Source: Cyanophora paradoxa CCMP329 (taxonomy: Eukaryota; Plantae; Glaucophyta). From it: 48,993 bases of DNA. The DNA lies in contig QPMI01000321.1 in the NCBI GenBank assembly GCA_004431415.1, positions 1 through 48,993 of the forward strand. The letters run 5' to 3'. Position 1 is the stretch's first letter, and the number at the start of each line of letters is the position of its first letter. A model generated the notes under the pieces. The model made no database searches, had not been told where the DNA came from, and saw only the letters and a program-made list of their open reading frames with translations. Shown here piece by piece: positions 10,859 to 23,458 of this stretch. A program made the position numbers and the translations under genes.

Positions 10859-12179
10859 CTACGCGGTGAGGAAGGCGGTGCCGGAGAAGGCGACGGAGGA
10901 CTGGAGCTTCTCGGAGAGAGCGATCTGGGTCTTCGTGAGGGACGCGAGGTACGTCACCATCAGCAGGTCCTGCGCCCCGTCGCTGTCAGCGCCCGGGCCG
11001 GCCGGCGGCGGGCGGCGCGGCGGGCGCGGACCTGCAGGCCGTTGTTGAAGATCTTCTCGAACGACTCGCGGCTAAGCTTCGGCACCGACTGCACCGCCTC
11101 CCACAGGAACCGCCCGACCTGCGCATCCCCTTTCCGCTTGCCGGCCTGCGCACGGCCCCAGTCAGCGCCGCGGCCGAGAAAGCAAAGAGGCGGCGGCGGC
11201 GGCGCACGATGACGTCGTCGATGTACGCGAGGACGGTGTCCAGCATGGACACGAGCTTCCGGACGCACGCCTCCATCGCCTCCAGGTTGTCCAGCGGCGC
11301 GATCGAGTTCGCCCGTGCGTCGCCAACGCCCTTGTTGATGGCGTCCACTGCAGCAAGCGTGAGCACGGGCTGCGCGGGGCCAGGGCACCGTTGCTCACAT
11401 GCGACACGCTCCATCTCGCCGGTCTTCAGTTCCGCCTTCACGCGGCTGAAAGCCTGCCCGAAAGGCCTGTCGCCCACGCCGAAACTGCGGCGAGCAGAGG
11501 AAAAGAAAGAGACAATGGCATCAGGGGTGTCGCAGCTGGCCGGGGAGGCGGGAACTCACGCCGAGGACATGTATGCCATCATGCCGACGCTGTCGCTCTT
11601 GAGCGAAGTGTCAACCATGAGGAGCACAGGGTTCGCGCATTCGCCCTGGTAGAACTGGTGGATGAGCGCGGTCTTGTCGTCTATCACGTCGCCCGTCGCA
11701 TACCTGGACGCGCGGGGTCGAGCGGCCTCGATCAGAACAAAGCTTCCAGCTGAGAGTGCGAGCGCGCGGCGGCCGGCCGGCCGCAAGGAGCGCGGGACGC
11801 GGGGAGGGAGGCGCACCAGCCGATGATCGCCTCCTTCTGATTCACGCGCTGGTGCAGCTCGAAAAGGTTCTTGTGGAACTCAATGTCCACCGCAACCTAA
11901 CACGGCGGAAAGAGTCGGTGAGCCGGGCGCGAATCGAAGGACGGCCCGCGGCGATCGGCAGCAGCGCACATTGTCGCCCAGCTCGGTGTGCGGGACCGGG
12001 AAGCTGTTCGTTATTTCCAACTGGCCGTCCACCATATAGCCGAGTAGCGTGCCGATGACTCGCTCCTGCTGCTCCGCCCGGCGCATGAAGTGGTCCACCA
12101 CGTTGAACAGAACGAGCGGGTGGATGCGGCACGGATGCGACTCCCGGCCGCTCGTTGCGGCGAGAAAGCTGCTCGCCAT
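10859..12179 (-). CDS. EIF3F: Eukaryotic translation initiation factor 3 subunit F (MPN domain)
   Basis: [86 protein letters not shown]. ATG at 12179, TAG at 10859-10861. Confidence 0.92.
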
Positions 12180-12242
12180 GGCGGCTGGATCCTGCTGCCC
12201 GGGGGTACGGCCTGCTCGAACGCACCCGTACCCCTGCACACG
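12180..12242. promoter_or_regulatory. Very short divergent spacer EIF3F/COX19 (probable bidirectional promoter)
   Basis: 63 bp between the two opposed start codons. Confidence 0.6.
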
Positions 12243-12637
12243 ATGGCCACGCCGGCCTTCCGCGGCGCCGGGCCGTCGCCACCTGAGCGCGGAAGCTTCC
12301 CGCTAGACCACCTGCAGGAGTGCGCCGCGTTGACGAAGGCGTTCCTCCAGTGCCTCCAGCGGAACAACGGCGTCCAGGTGCGCTGTCGCGAGGAGGCCAA
12401 GAAGTACTTCCAGTGCCGGATGGACAAGTGAACTTACCCCCAGTCGCCGCGCCGCGCCGCGGCTGAGCGCGTCACCGCAGCGGCCTGATGGCGAAGGAGG
12501 AGTTCGAGAGCTTAGGGTTCGGGAAGAACGAGTCGCTTGTCGACCCGGCAGAGGAATCGCACAAGGAGGCAGAGGGCTTCGTGCCCGGGATGGCGGTTCG
12601 TCGGCGCCGCGCGTACGTTCCTCTGCAGGGCGCCTGA
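12243..12637 (+). CDS. COX19: Cytochrome c oxidase assembly protein COX19 (twin CX9C), 1 intron
   Basis: PPERGSFPLDHLQEC-x9-C..C-x9-CRMDN|GLMAKEEFESLGF. Intron 12428-12480, TGA 12635-12637. Confidence 0.93.
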
Positions 12638-12994
12638 CGTGCGCCCTTGCGCTGCCGTAGAGAGCAAGGGAGATCCGGAAGCAGAAGGGAGGCTGAGCGG
12701 GGGTCCACGGCCGGCACAGGCCCACAGCCGTCGCGGTCGGAACGTGCTTGACGTCACGAGCCGACCGAGCTCTCGCACAGCCGGCGTGCACTCGCCGGAT
12801 TGCCCAGCGCGACGCGGCCCCGCTGCCCCCGTGCGGAACCGCGTCTCCTCTGCGCTGCCTCCCGCGGATGCGTCCGATCCGCCGTCCCGGCGTTCCCGCT
12901 ACCGCCCGCCCTCCCCGTCTGCGCAAGTGCGCTTTGTATAGTTTCTTTCGTAGTACGATAGGACTCGGGAGAGGTGGTGGAGGGCTCGGGCGGG

Positions 12995-15979
12995 TTACGG
13001 GGCGTGGGGCCGGGCGACGGGGAGGAGGGGCCCGCGGCCGGGGGGTGGCGGGTGCTCCTTCTCGCCGACGAGGCGGCCCACGATGTGGCGGAACGCCAGG
13101 GGCGTGACGCACAGCGTCAGCGCGGCGGTGCCGGCGAGCAGGAGGTACACGTTGCGGGACATGAGCCCGAGGCGCACGCCGCGGCTCGCCAGCACGAAGC
13201 TGAACTCGCCCACCTGAGACACGTCAGCGGGGCGGTGCCGGCGAGGAGAGCGTGCGGCGCGGGCCTGGGCGATGGCAATGGACACTGCGACGGCGTGGCG
13301 CCGCGAGTAGCCGAAGATCTGCGCCGGTTGGGGCTCGGGCCTAGCGGGAGCCGACTCGGGGCGGGGCGGGCGGGGCGGGGCGCCTTGACGATGAAGAACG
13401 CGACGAGGATCTTGCTGCAGAGGACCTGCAGCGGGGTAAGAGGGGGATGAGGGGCGAGGCGATCGGGGCGCGCGCACGGAGAAGACGAGGAGGAGGAGGA
13501 GGCCCTTGTGAGCGTACAGGAACCGCACGTCGATCCTGGGGCGCCGGCCTCGCTCGGGGGCCCGGGGGCCGGGGCCGGGGGCGGGGGCGGGCGGCGCACA
13601 GCATGCCGATGCAGACGAAGAACATGCTCCCGAAGATGTCCCGCAGCGGCGCGATCTGCCGCAGCGTGTCCGACGCCGCCTGCGGGGGAGTTGAGGGGGG
13701 AAGACGAGGCCCCGGGGGTGCCCCCCGCCTCGGAGTGGATGCAGAGGCCCGCCACGAAGGCGCCCTGGGAGGGGGAGGCGCAGGGGATGAGCGGGGGCGG
13801 GGGGGCGGGCACGGGTTGGCGGGGCGCGGGGACCATCTCGACGCCTGCGGGCGGCGTCAGGGGCGCAGCAAAGGAGGGATAGGGGGAGGGCGCACCGAGG
13901 CCGAGGTGCTCGGTGACGAGGGCGACCCCGAGGCAGAGCACCTGCGGGGGAGCGCTCGGGAGGGGGTACGTTGGGAGGGGGAGGGGTGGGGTGGAGGCGG
14001 ACCACGACGACGAGGAGGAAGAGCTCCTGGGAGCGGTCCTGGCTCCGCGCCACGAACCGGAGGAGGCCTGCCGGCCGGCGGGGCGGGGGCGTCAGAGACG
14101 ATGGCGGGGGCCGGGGCCCGGGTGCAGACGGGGGATGAGGAGGGAGCCGGCGGCGGCGGCGGCGGCGGCGAAGAGGGCGAAGGTGTAGAGCTCGCGCAGC
14201 AGCGCCCTGCGGCCCCCGCTCGGGCGCCGGCGCGAGGAGGCGGGCGGGGGGCGGGGCGGGCGGGCGCACGGGAGGACGTCGCCGTGGGCGGCGAGGGCGG
14301 GGAAGGCTGCGGGGCGGTCAGCGGGCTGCGGGGTCGGGCGCGGCGGAGCGCGGGGCGGGGGGCGGGCCGGCGAGGACGAGGCCGACGGAGAAGTCCTGGA
14401 CGACGAGCATGCCGAGCATGACGCGCCCGTGCACGCTCCCCACCGCCCCCCGCTCCATCAGGCACTTCACCACCACCGCCGTCGACGAGAGCGAGAGGCA
14501 CGCCCCCAGCGCCAGGCCCTCCCGCCCCGTCCCCACCAGGCCCCCCAGGGTCGCCAGCGCCAGCGTCAGCAGCTGCGAGCGAAGTCAGCCGAGGGCGACG
14601 GGAGGCGGGGGGGCCGGGGGCGGGCCGTGGTGACGGCCATCTGGAGGAGGCCGCCCCCGATCGCCACCGAGCCCACCCGCCTGATGTCCCTGGCCGGGGG
14701 CTCGCGGGATGCGGGTGGTACGCCGTTCTGGGCCGGGGGGGCGGGGGTACCGGAGGGAGAAGTCGACCCCGATTGCGAATAGTAGAAATGCGACGCCGAA
14801 CTGGGCCAGCGACTCCACCTGCCCCGCCCCGCGTCACGGGAGACGGGAGGGGGCCGGGCGGGCGGAGGGCGCGGGCCTGGGCGTGGGCCTTGATGATGCC
14901 GTACCCGCCGGGCCCGATGGCGACGCCGCTCCAGAGGTAGCCGACGAGGGCCGGCTGCCCGAAGTGCACCGCCACCAGGCCCCCGACGGCGGCGGCGGCG
15001 AGCACCTGTCGCCGCCCCGCCGCCTGAGCGGGGCGGGGCGGGGCCGGGGCGGGGCGGGGCGGGGCGGGCCTGGACGAGGTCGACGACGAAGACGGCCTCG
15101 GCCTGCTCGACCTCCGCGATGTGCTCCGTGATGTTCAGCCGCCGCAGCGCCGCCGTGCTCTCCTCCCCGAAGCTCAGCAGGCCCCCCAGCCCTGCCGCCC
15201 CCGCCCCGCCCCCTCGGCCCCCGCCCTCCCCCCGCCCCCGGCCCCCAGCCCCCGCGTCCCCGGCGAACCGCCCGGAACGGCCGTCTGCGGCTTCGGCTCC
15301 TCCGGGGGGTACAGCAGGCTCGGGTCAGGGTGCGCGAACTCTTTCTTGAGCCGCTCGAACTCGTCCTGCGACCTGCGGTGCGGGCGCTCGCAGGCTCCTG
15401 GGGGCGGGTGGGACGGCGTAGGGCCGCACGAGATGTCCCCATGGGCAAGGGCCTGCTGAAGCTTGGCCATCTCCCCCGTGAACCACGACTTGAACTCGTC
15501 CAGCTTCTGCGTGCTGCGCGAGGCCGGTCACCCCCGCGGTGCGCGGCGGAGATCGCGCGCAATTATTTTGTTTTGCAGGGCGCGCATGCGTACGTCTTGC
15601 TTCGCAGCGCGTGGATGCTCGTCATGTTGCCATCGCCCGCCTTCGCGGCACTGCGGCCGGGCGCGGGTTCTTCCGGTGCCGCTGTGTCTACTGGCGGATC
15701 GCTGCTTGCGGATGCGCTATCGTCCACTTCCTGCTGCAAGGACGCTTGCGCCCTGTCATCCGGCTCGGTCTCGCTTCCAGACTCGAGCTGCTCGCTCTCC
15801 TCGCGCAGCGGATGCGTCTCGACGGGCTTTTGACTGTGCGTTTCGACGGGTTTTTGACTCCTCGTCGGGCGTATACCGAGCGCTTCCGTGCAAATTACAA
15901 AGGTGAAGAAGGCAAGCGCAGCGAAAAGTCGGAGGCTCCGGCAGGGGAGCCTGCGACTGCACGGCCGCGTCGCTTGCAT
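12995..15979 (-). CDS. CPA2-family cation/H+ antiporter (KEA4-6/TMCO3-like) with N-terminal hydrophobic segment and coiled-coil-like region
   Basis: GQPALVGYLWSGVAIGPGG, VESLAQFGVAFLLFAIGVDFS, GACLSLSSTAVVVKCL, GRVMLGMLVVQD, EMGAFVAGL, LRDIFGSMFFVCIGM, AIAQVGEFSFVLASR, YLLLAGTAALTLCVTP. Start ATG at 15979 inferred. Confidence 0.88.
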
Positions 15980-16452
15980 GGTCGCGCGGCCGCTGAGCGC
16001 TGGTGGGCCGTGGTAGCTAGCTATCGGCTCATCGCGCTCGTCGCTCACTCCGAACCACCCCGTCCCTAACGGTCCTGGCGGTCGGCTATGGGTTTAAGGT
16101 ACTACTAAACCGCACAGACAAGCGCCTGGAGCGTCCCGTTAGGAAGAGTGCGGTTTGCTGGGGGTACAGTCTACTGCCCAACCAAGCCCAAGCAGCCACC
16201 AGTTGCGGATCCAGACACGCGGGAGCCCCCCGAGCAGCTGTTAAGTAGTTAAACTCCCAGCGGTCACTGTTCCCGAGCGTTTTGTCGCCTGGCTAGCGCG
16301 CTTCGAGGAATTCGGCGGAGGAGCGAGCAGGAGCCGCAGCGATGCCTGCGTGAGTGACGCTGATTCGGCCGCTGCCCAAATTTTGATGCTTTCCAGCGCC
16401 GCCGCTCTGGCTCTGAGCTCCGCCGCGCAGGAGAGGCGGCGGCGCACGGCAC

Positions 16453-18308
16453 ATGCCGCCGGGGGCGATTCCGCATGGCATCTTTATGGCGTCCCAGTTC
16501 AGGAGGCTACCAGGCGTTGAGTCGTACGAACAGCCCATGCGATCCAAGCACGCGTCGCAAACCATATCCTTTCTGCCCCCGTCAAACTTCGAGTGCCGCG
16601 CCGCGCACCTCCCCGCCGCGCACCTCGACCGCGTGGCGGCACAGCGACGGGAGGCTGGTGAGCGAGTTGCAACGGAACCTGGAGCAGATCACGAGCGCGT
16701 CGCTCATGCAGCCGGACTTCATCCAGCAGGCCGCCATGGACGCCATCCCGGGGATCGACGCCGAGGCCCGCCCCGCGCCCCGTCCCGCCGCTTCCTGCCG
16801 GCACGGGCCGGTCTGAGGCGCGGGGCGCAGTTCCCGAGGGCGCGGGTGGGGGCGGCGGAGGAGCCGGATCGCGTGGAGGCGATCCTGCGGGGCCGGGAGG
16901 AGGGCGGCGAGGGCTCCCACCTTCTCTTCCCCCGCATCGTCGCCGCCATCGCCGCCGCCTCCGCTTCCGCCCCGCCCCCGGTGCGCCCCGAGCCGCCCCC
17001 CACCCCGCCCCCGCCCCGCCCGACGCGCCCCGCGCGCCTGCAGAAGGCGGGTGCGGGGAAGGGCGGGGGGCGGGGCGGGGATGCGGGGACGGGGGCGCGG
17101 GGGGGCGGAGCGGGGCGGGCGGGGACGTGCTCTCCGCCATGGAGCTCGAGGTCTTCAAGGGTGCGCCCCGCAGGGCCCCCGCGCCCCGCCCCGCCCCCCC
17201 GCCCCGCCCGAGCGCCGCGGCGCGCAGCGAACGAGGAGGCGGCGCGGGCCGGCGGCAGCGAGCAGGACCGGCTCCTCGACGAGGACGGCGCGCCCCCGCC
17301 CGCCCCGCCCCGCCCCGCCCCGCCCCGCCCTGCCCCGCTCCGGTCGCTGACGGGGCGGGGCGGGCAGGGCGGGGCCGGAGGGGCGGGCACACTCGCCGGT
17401 GATCATCTGGCGGCCGACGGCGCAGGTCCGGCTCGCCTCCAACCTGCCTCCCGACATCCAGCGCCTCATCGAGCGCGACACCGCCCCGCCTGGCCCGCAC
17501 CGCCACGCCCGCCCCGGCCCTGCCCGCGCCCCGTGACTCCGCACGCAGCCGCCTCGACGGCGCGCTCGCCGCCGCGGGGGCCGCACTCGCACTCGGGGCG
17601 GTGAGCGCGTCGGAGGAGGCGTTCGGGGCGGGCCGGGGCCTCGGGGCGGCGCACGGAGCGGCGCCCGCGCACCTTCCCCCCCGTCGACAGCTCCTTCACG
17701 CATATGGAGCGAAGGCGCGCCCCCCCCCCCCCCCCCCCTCCCCCCCCCTCCTCGCCGCCGCCCTGCCGGCGCCAACGGGCGCGGCTCCGCAGGAGAAAGC
17801 CGGTGCAGACGTACGGCGCGCGCTGGTACATCCCGGCGCAGCAGTGCGCACGCTCCTGCTGGCGGCGCGGGCGCGGGCCGCGATGCGAGGCGGGCGGGGC
17901 GGGGCGCAGGTGGCAGGCGTACAGCGAGGGCAGCGGCGCCTCGCTGCAGCACGGCTCCCGCGACGAGGGTCCGCCCCGCCCCGCCCCGCCCTCCGAGCCG
18001 CCCCGTTCCGCGCGCGGCGTGGGGCGCCGACGGCGGGGTCGGGGCCGGGGGCAGACGAGGCGCTGAAGGTGATGGAGGCGAAGGGGGCGGCCCTGGAGCA
18101 CGAGATCGCCGGCCTCTTCTCCTCCAAGATGTACTTCGAGTGCGCCCCGCGAGCGAGGGCGAGGCGGCGGGGGCGGGGGCGGGGCGGGGCGGGTGGGTGA
18201 CGGGGGCGGGGGCGCAGCTACCTGAAGAGGAACGGGCAGCGGGTGCCCCACTTCCTCAAGGGCCTCGCCGACGACCCCCAGCACGCCGGCGCCCCCGCCC
18301 GCGCCTGA
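16453..18308 (+). CDS. Uncharacterised multi-exon protein
   Basis: Coding-like exons bounded by typical splice sites: LVSELQRNLEQITSASLMQPDFIQQAAMDAIPGIDAE, RKPVQTYGARWYIPAQQW, EIAGLFSSKMYFDYLKRNGQRVPHFLKGL..*. Stop TGA 18306-18308. The true start may lie upstream (~16088-16350). Confidence 0.6.
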
Positions 18309-18773
18309 CGCCCCGCCCCGCCCCGCGCCCCCTCCCCCTCCTCCCCTCCGCCCCCCCACCTCGCAATTTACGGATCCACAAATCGAATCCGATCAAACCT
18401 CTTGAACTGGGAGATCTAGATCTAGACCTCGGGTTCGCCGAGTCGCGTATACGCACGTGCACGTGTCGGGCGAAGCGCCGGCGCGTCATAATCATGATAT
18501 CGATCAGCTGCATGCAGCGGCCGTCCCGGCAGGCGGCTGCGGCCGCCGGGCGCGCGCAAGCTAGGTTTCGCGGTGCCGCGCGATTCGATGCATATGCAAA
18601 AGCTGAATTTCGCGGGGGTGGGTAGAGGGTTTGATCCGGGACTGGTTTACCCGGGCCACCAAAAAAAGCAGCGACGCATGCGCAGCTAGCAGCTCGCATT
18701 CCAGCGCGTGAAACTGCTTTCCAGCGCTCGCGCGCATCCAACGCTTGCGCGCTTCCAGCGCTTGCGCCCGGCG

Positions 18774-21556
18774 ATGGGAGCGGGCGCCAGCCACGTTGAC
18801 GAGCAGGATTCCAAGCCGGCGAAGAAACCGAAGCGTGCCTTGCAGCGTAACTGGAGCACTTACGTCGCAAACGAGGCGGGGACGACCGAGAATGAGAATC
18901 CGGTGCCCACGCAGGACGGCGGCGGCGCTCAAATGGACGGTGCGCGCGGCGGGAATCTCGCATGCCAGCGCCGACATTGCATCTCATTGCAGTACACAAC
19001 CGCAGACGAGGCGCTGGGCGCTTCGCTCGACGTGCGCGACCGAAGCTCTTGATCTCCGCCCCGCGCTGCAGCGCTGACCCGCGCTGACGTCGGCCCGCGC
19101 CGCGCTAGATCCCGATGCAAGGGAGCCTGTTCTTCCGCGACCCGAAGACGAACGCGTGGACGCTGCGGCGAGTCATCCAGCTAGGTCCCGCCCTCGCCGT
19201 CCTCGACAAGTGCGCCGGCGCCCGCAGGCCGGCAGCGCGCGAGCGCGCGTGCGCGACACGACGGCCGACGGGGGCTGCAGGCACGACGTACCGCTGGGGT
19301 GCGTGGAGATCGCCGCCGTGGATTCCGTGCGCATCTTCGGTGTCGGGCGACGCGGCCTGAAACTCCTTGTCGAGCCGGGCGCCTACTTCCAGCGCCGCCG
19401 CATCAAGTTCGTCGCCATCAGCCGCCGCGACGCCGCCTGGTAAGCTCCCGCCCCGCCCCGCCCCGCGCACGCCGGCGCCCTGGCGCCCCGGGGCCCGCGT
19501 GCAGCTGACGGCGCCGGCCGCAGGTGGGCCGTCTCGATCCTTCGCTGGCGCGACCGCTTCCGGGCAGCGGCGCTCTCGCCCCGTGGGCCCGCGCCGTACA
19601 ACGACGCTGCGGAGGAGCCGCCGGCCGCGCCGCCGCCGCCGCTGGCGCCGGCGCGCTCGGCATCGTCTCAGGGGGAGCCCGAGTGGCGGGACCCGCGCGA
19701 GGTCCGCCCGCGTGCCGCCCTTCTGCGCGCGCCGCCCCGCGCCGAGCGGCGCGCAGGTGTTGGAGAGCCTGCACCCGCCGGCGGAGCCGCCCGTGCAGCT
19801 GCTTCTCACCCTCGCCCGCGTGCGTCCCGCGCGCCCCGCCGCCGCCCGGCCGCGGGCGACGGGGCGCAGCTGCTGCGCTCGGCGGCGGCGAGCCGCGAGT
19901 GGGTGCGCAAGTTCGTCGACCTCGACGCGGAGTCCGGTGCCGGCCCCGCCCGCCCCGCCGCCCGCCCCCGCGAGCCCGGGCGGCGCGCGCAGGGCGGCCG
20001 GCGCCGGGGGCGGGGCGGGGCGGTCTCGTGCGGGCTCGGCCTCCTCGCCGGCCTCCTCCTCTCCGCCGAGCGCCGCCACCGGTGCCGCCCCCGCCCCCGC
20101 GGCCCTCCTCACCCGGGCGCCCCCTCTGACCCCGCGCCGCGGCGCCCCCAGGCCCGAGATGCCGCACCTATCGCGCGAGCGCGCCCTCGCCGCCGCCCTC
20201 GTCGCTCTCCTCCACCACCCGTGCCCGCCCCGCCTCCCCGCCCGCCCCGGCCCCCGCCAGCCCCCGACGCCGGCCGGCGCGGGCCGCAGGAGACGGCGAG
20301 CGCGGTGGCGCGCTCGCCCACGCCGGACGCCGCCGCCGCCGAGTGGCGCCTCCTCTCGTGCCGCCCCGCCCGCCCCGCCGCCGGCGCCGCGCTGGGCAAG
20401 CGACGGGGCGGGGCGGGGGGGCAGGTCGCGCTCGGGGCCGGTGGTGGCGGCCACCCTCGAGGCGCTCGCCGCCGCCTGCGCCGACGGGCCCACCGGCTTC
20501 GCGTCCGCCCCGCCCCTCCCCCCGGCCGCCCCTGCCGCCCGCCCCCTCCCGCCCTCCCTCACGCCCCGCAGGCGCGTCGTGGCCGGCATGGCGCAGGCGG
20601 GGCAGGCGCGCAGCCCGGCGCCCCCGCTCCGCCCCGCGGGGCGGCTCTCACGAGAAGCCGGCGCAGAGCCTCGCCCCCGTGACGGCCTTCGTCCGCCCCT
20701 CGGCCCCTTTCCCCGTCATGGTGCCCCCCCCCCTCCCCCCCCCTCCCCCCCCAACCCCCCCCCCCCCCCACCCCTCCTTCGCCGGGGCCGACACGGGCCT
20801 TGGGCGGCAGACGGCGGCGCTGCTGCTGCTCGAGGCGCTGTGCCGGGCGGCGGCCGCCTCGCGGGACCCGCGCACCTGCTCCTGGCTCCGGCGCGAGATC
20901 GCCGCGGCGCCCTCCGACCTACCCCGCGCCCTCCTCGTGCGCCCACCCCCCCCTCCAGCGCGCGCCTGGAGCCCCCCGAACCAAATCGGCTCGCAGGCGC
21001 TGGAGGCAGCGCGGGTGCCCGGGGCGGGCCCGGGGAGGGGCCGGGGCCCGGGGCGGCGCCCGGGCCGCCCCCGCCTCGCCTTCCCGCCCTCGCCGACTTC
21101 GCGGGGCTCGCCGCTCCGGCCCCGGGCGCCCGGGCGCCGGCCCGGGCCCGCCCCCCGCACCCTCTCCGAGCTCGCCGCCGCCATCGAGGCGCACGCGCCG
21201 CTGCAGCCGTCCCCGGGCCCTCCGTGCCGTGCGCGCGCCCCGCGGGGCGGGCCCGCCGCCGCGGACCTCAGGCGGGGCCGGCAGGGGCCCCTGGGCCACG
21301 TGGAGGTCGCGCAGCGCCTCCTCGCCGCCCTCGCCGCCTCCCCCGCCGAGTGCGCGCCCCCCGCCCCGCCCCGCGCCCCGGAACCGCGGGGGCGGGGCGG
21401 CTGAGCCCTCGGGGGAACGGGCGGCAGGCCGGGGGCTGGCCGTGGGGCGCCCTCCCCGCCCTGCTGCGGGCGCTCGAGCTCGAGGCCGGGGCCCTCCCCG
21501 CGCCCGCCCGCCCGCACCTGCACCCCGCCGCCTCCGCGCCCCGCCCCCAGACGTAG
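18774..21556 (+). CDS. Predicted N-myristoylated protein with PH-like domain followed by a Leu/Ala-rich helical region
   Basis: Starts MGAGAS (MGxxxS). Exons IPMQGSLFFRDPKTNAWTLRRVIQLGPALAVLDK|HDVPLGCVEI..IKFVAISRRDAAW|WAVSIL follow the PH-fold pattern including the C-terminal helix Trp. Likely stop TAG 21554-21556; 3' exons uncertain. Confidence 0.6.
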
Positions 21557-22571
21557 CGACCCCGCCCCCAAAGTAGAGGCCGTGCTGTGCCCCCTGCAAG
21601 ATCTAGATCTAGAGCCGGCTGCTAGGCCGCAGCGGTCGGAGCGGAATTCGAATGCGAGCGGTGAGGCGGTTTTGCCAGTCGCATGCGCAGGTTAACGTTT
21701 GATGACGAAACTCGAATCGGCGAGCTCAAGGAACGGGTGAGCATGCGCCCGCCGGAAGGGGGAGGGGGGGGGGGGGGGGGGCAATCCGCAGAGGCGGAGT
21801 GAAAGATGCCCGCGCGCCGCGGCGCGACACTGTGACACGCGCTGCACACTCAGATGCGATGCATTCACATTCGAACTCCTAAGATCTAGAACTCCTAAAT
21901 CCTAAATCATTGAATGCGGGTTCGGCTCCAAAAAATACGAAAGATAATTTAGCACGATAAAATGCATCCAGCAAAAAAACACCAGGATAGGTATACGTAG
22001 GACTTGAAAAATGTAAAGAGGTATAAGCCACGTGCACATCATTCAATGATAGATCGTAAGCTTGAAGGGACGCGTGAAAGACGATCGGGGATAGTTGAGA
22101 AATCAACACCAGAAAATCGGGTGTCGCAAAGGACTCAAAGCCACGGGGCTTCTCGAGCGTGAAGCTCCATTCAAACCCTTAACATACGCTATTAGTTATA
22201 GAAAAGACCGAAGACCTCATGAACGACATTCATATCTACAGGTATCTGCAACGAGGGGGAAAGCCTGCATAGTGATACGTAAAGCTCAACGTAAGAAGAC
22301 ACCTTAGGATGCAATTGCAATGCTGAAAACACTCTGTGACATGCTGATGAAACGTGCTCTCATAAATTAAGCTAAAAAAATGGAACTGCGAGAGCTAGCG
22401 GAAAGGAACTGCTACTAGTACTTGTAGACTCTACACTACGCAATTGCGAGATTGACATCGGTTGCGCAGAAATCTCTACAGGGGAACGTGAAAGGTGGCT
22501 GGGCCGCGGGGCGGGCGAGGCTCGCGGGGGGGCCTCGGGCCCCCCCCCCAGCCCTTCGCCGGGGGCCGGCC

Positions 22572-23401
22572 TCAGTAGATGCCGGCGCCGGCGGAAGGAA
22601 AGCTCGGGTGCGAGGGGAACGGCGCCGCGGGGCGGGGGCCGCCGGTGGAGGGGCGCGGGGCGGCGGAGAAGCCGGCGAGGGCGAGCTGCGCCAGGAACTG
22701 CTGCTGAAACGCGAACTCGGCCTCCGCCGCCGACTGCGCCGCCAGCCGCCGGTCCGCCAGCAGCGCCGCGAACTGCCGCCGGCGTACGCGTCGGGCCTCG
22801 AGCGCGGCGCCGCGGGGCGGGGGCGGGGGCGGAGGCGGGGGCGCACCTCCTCCTCCGAGACGGTGCGGACCTCGGGGCGGCTGTAGCCCTTGCCCGACGG
22901 GGAGCCGACGACGATGCACGCCGCGCCGATGCCGCGCGACGCCGCGAGGACGGCGTCGAAGAGGCGCTCCTGGGAAGGCAGGGCGAGGGTCGGCGAGACG
23001 AGCGCGAAGAGGGCGCGCCCGGGGTGCGAGGCTGCCAAGGCGCGGAGGTCGAGCGGGAGGCGGCCGTCGGAGAGGCGCGCCGGCGGCTCCTCGGGCTCCT
23101 GGCGGAGGGCCTCCCCGATTCGGGCAAGGGCGCCTTCGCGGCAGCCCGGGACGGACTGGACGCGGTAGCCCTCGCCGCTGGCGACGAGGACGCCGCCGAG
23201 GCGGGCGGCGTCGAGGAGGGGCCGGAGGCGCCAGGAGCGGGCGAGGGTCTCGAGGGCCGAGGTGTTGCCGACCTGCGCGCGAGGGGCCGCGTCGGCGGGG
23301 GACCCGAGGGCGAGGACGGGGAGGCGGGGAACGACGTACGAGGTAGAGCGTGATCTCGCGCCCCGCATCGCCCTCGCGCTCCCCCGCCTGCGCATGCGCC
23401 G

Positions 23402-23458
<57 letters not shown>

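Noticed and set aside
1391-21571. Long Arg/Pro/Gly/Ala-rich ORFs (e.g. 1391-3628, 6989-8602, 19367-21556)
   Set aside because: By-products of very high GC and stop-poor introns; the real proteins switch frames at splice sites.
17718-21781. Long poly-C/poly-G runs (~17720, ~20725, ~21760) as distinct elements
   Set aside because: They lie in introns or 3' flanks and fit the general G/C-run bias; their lengths are unreliable.
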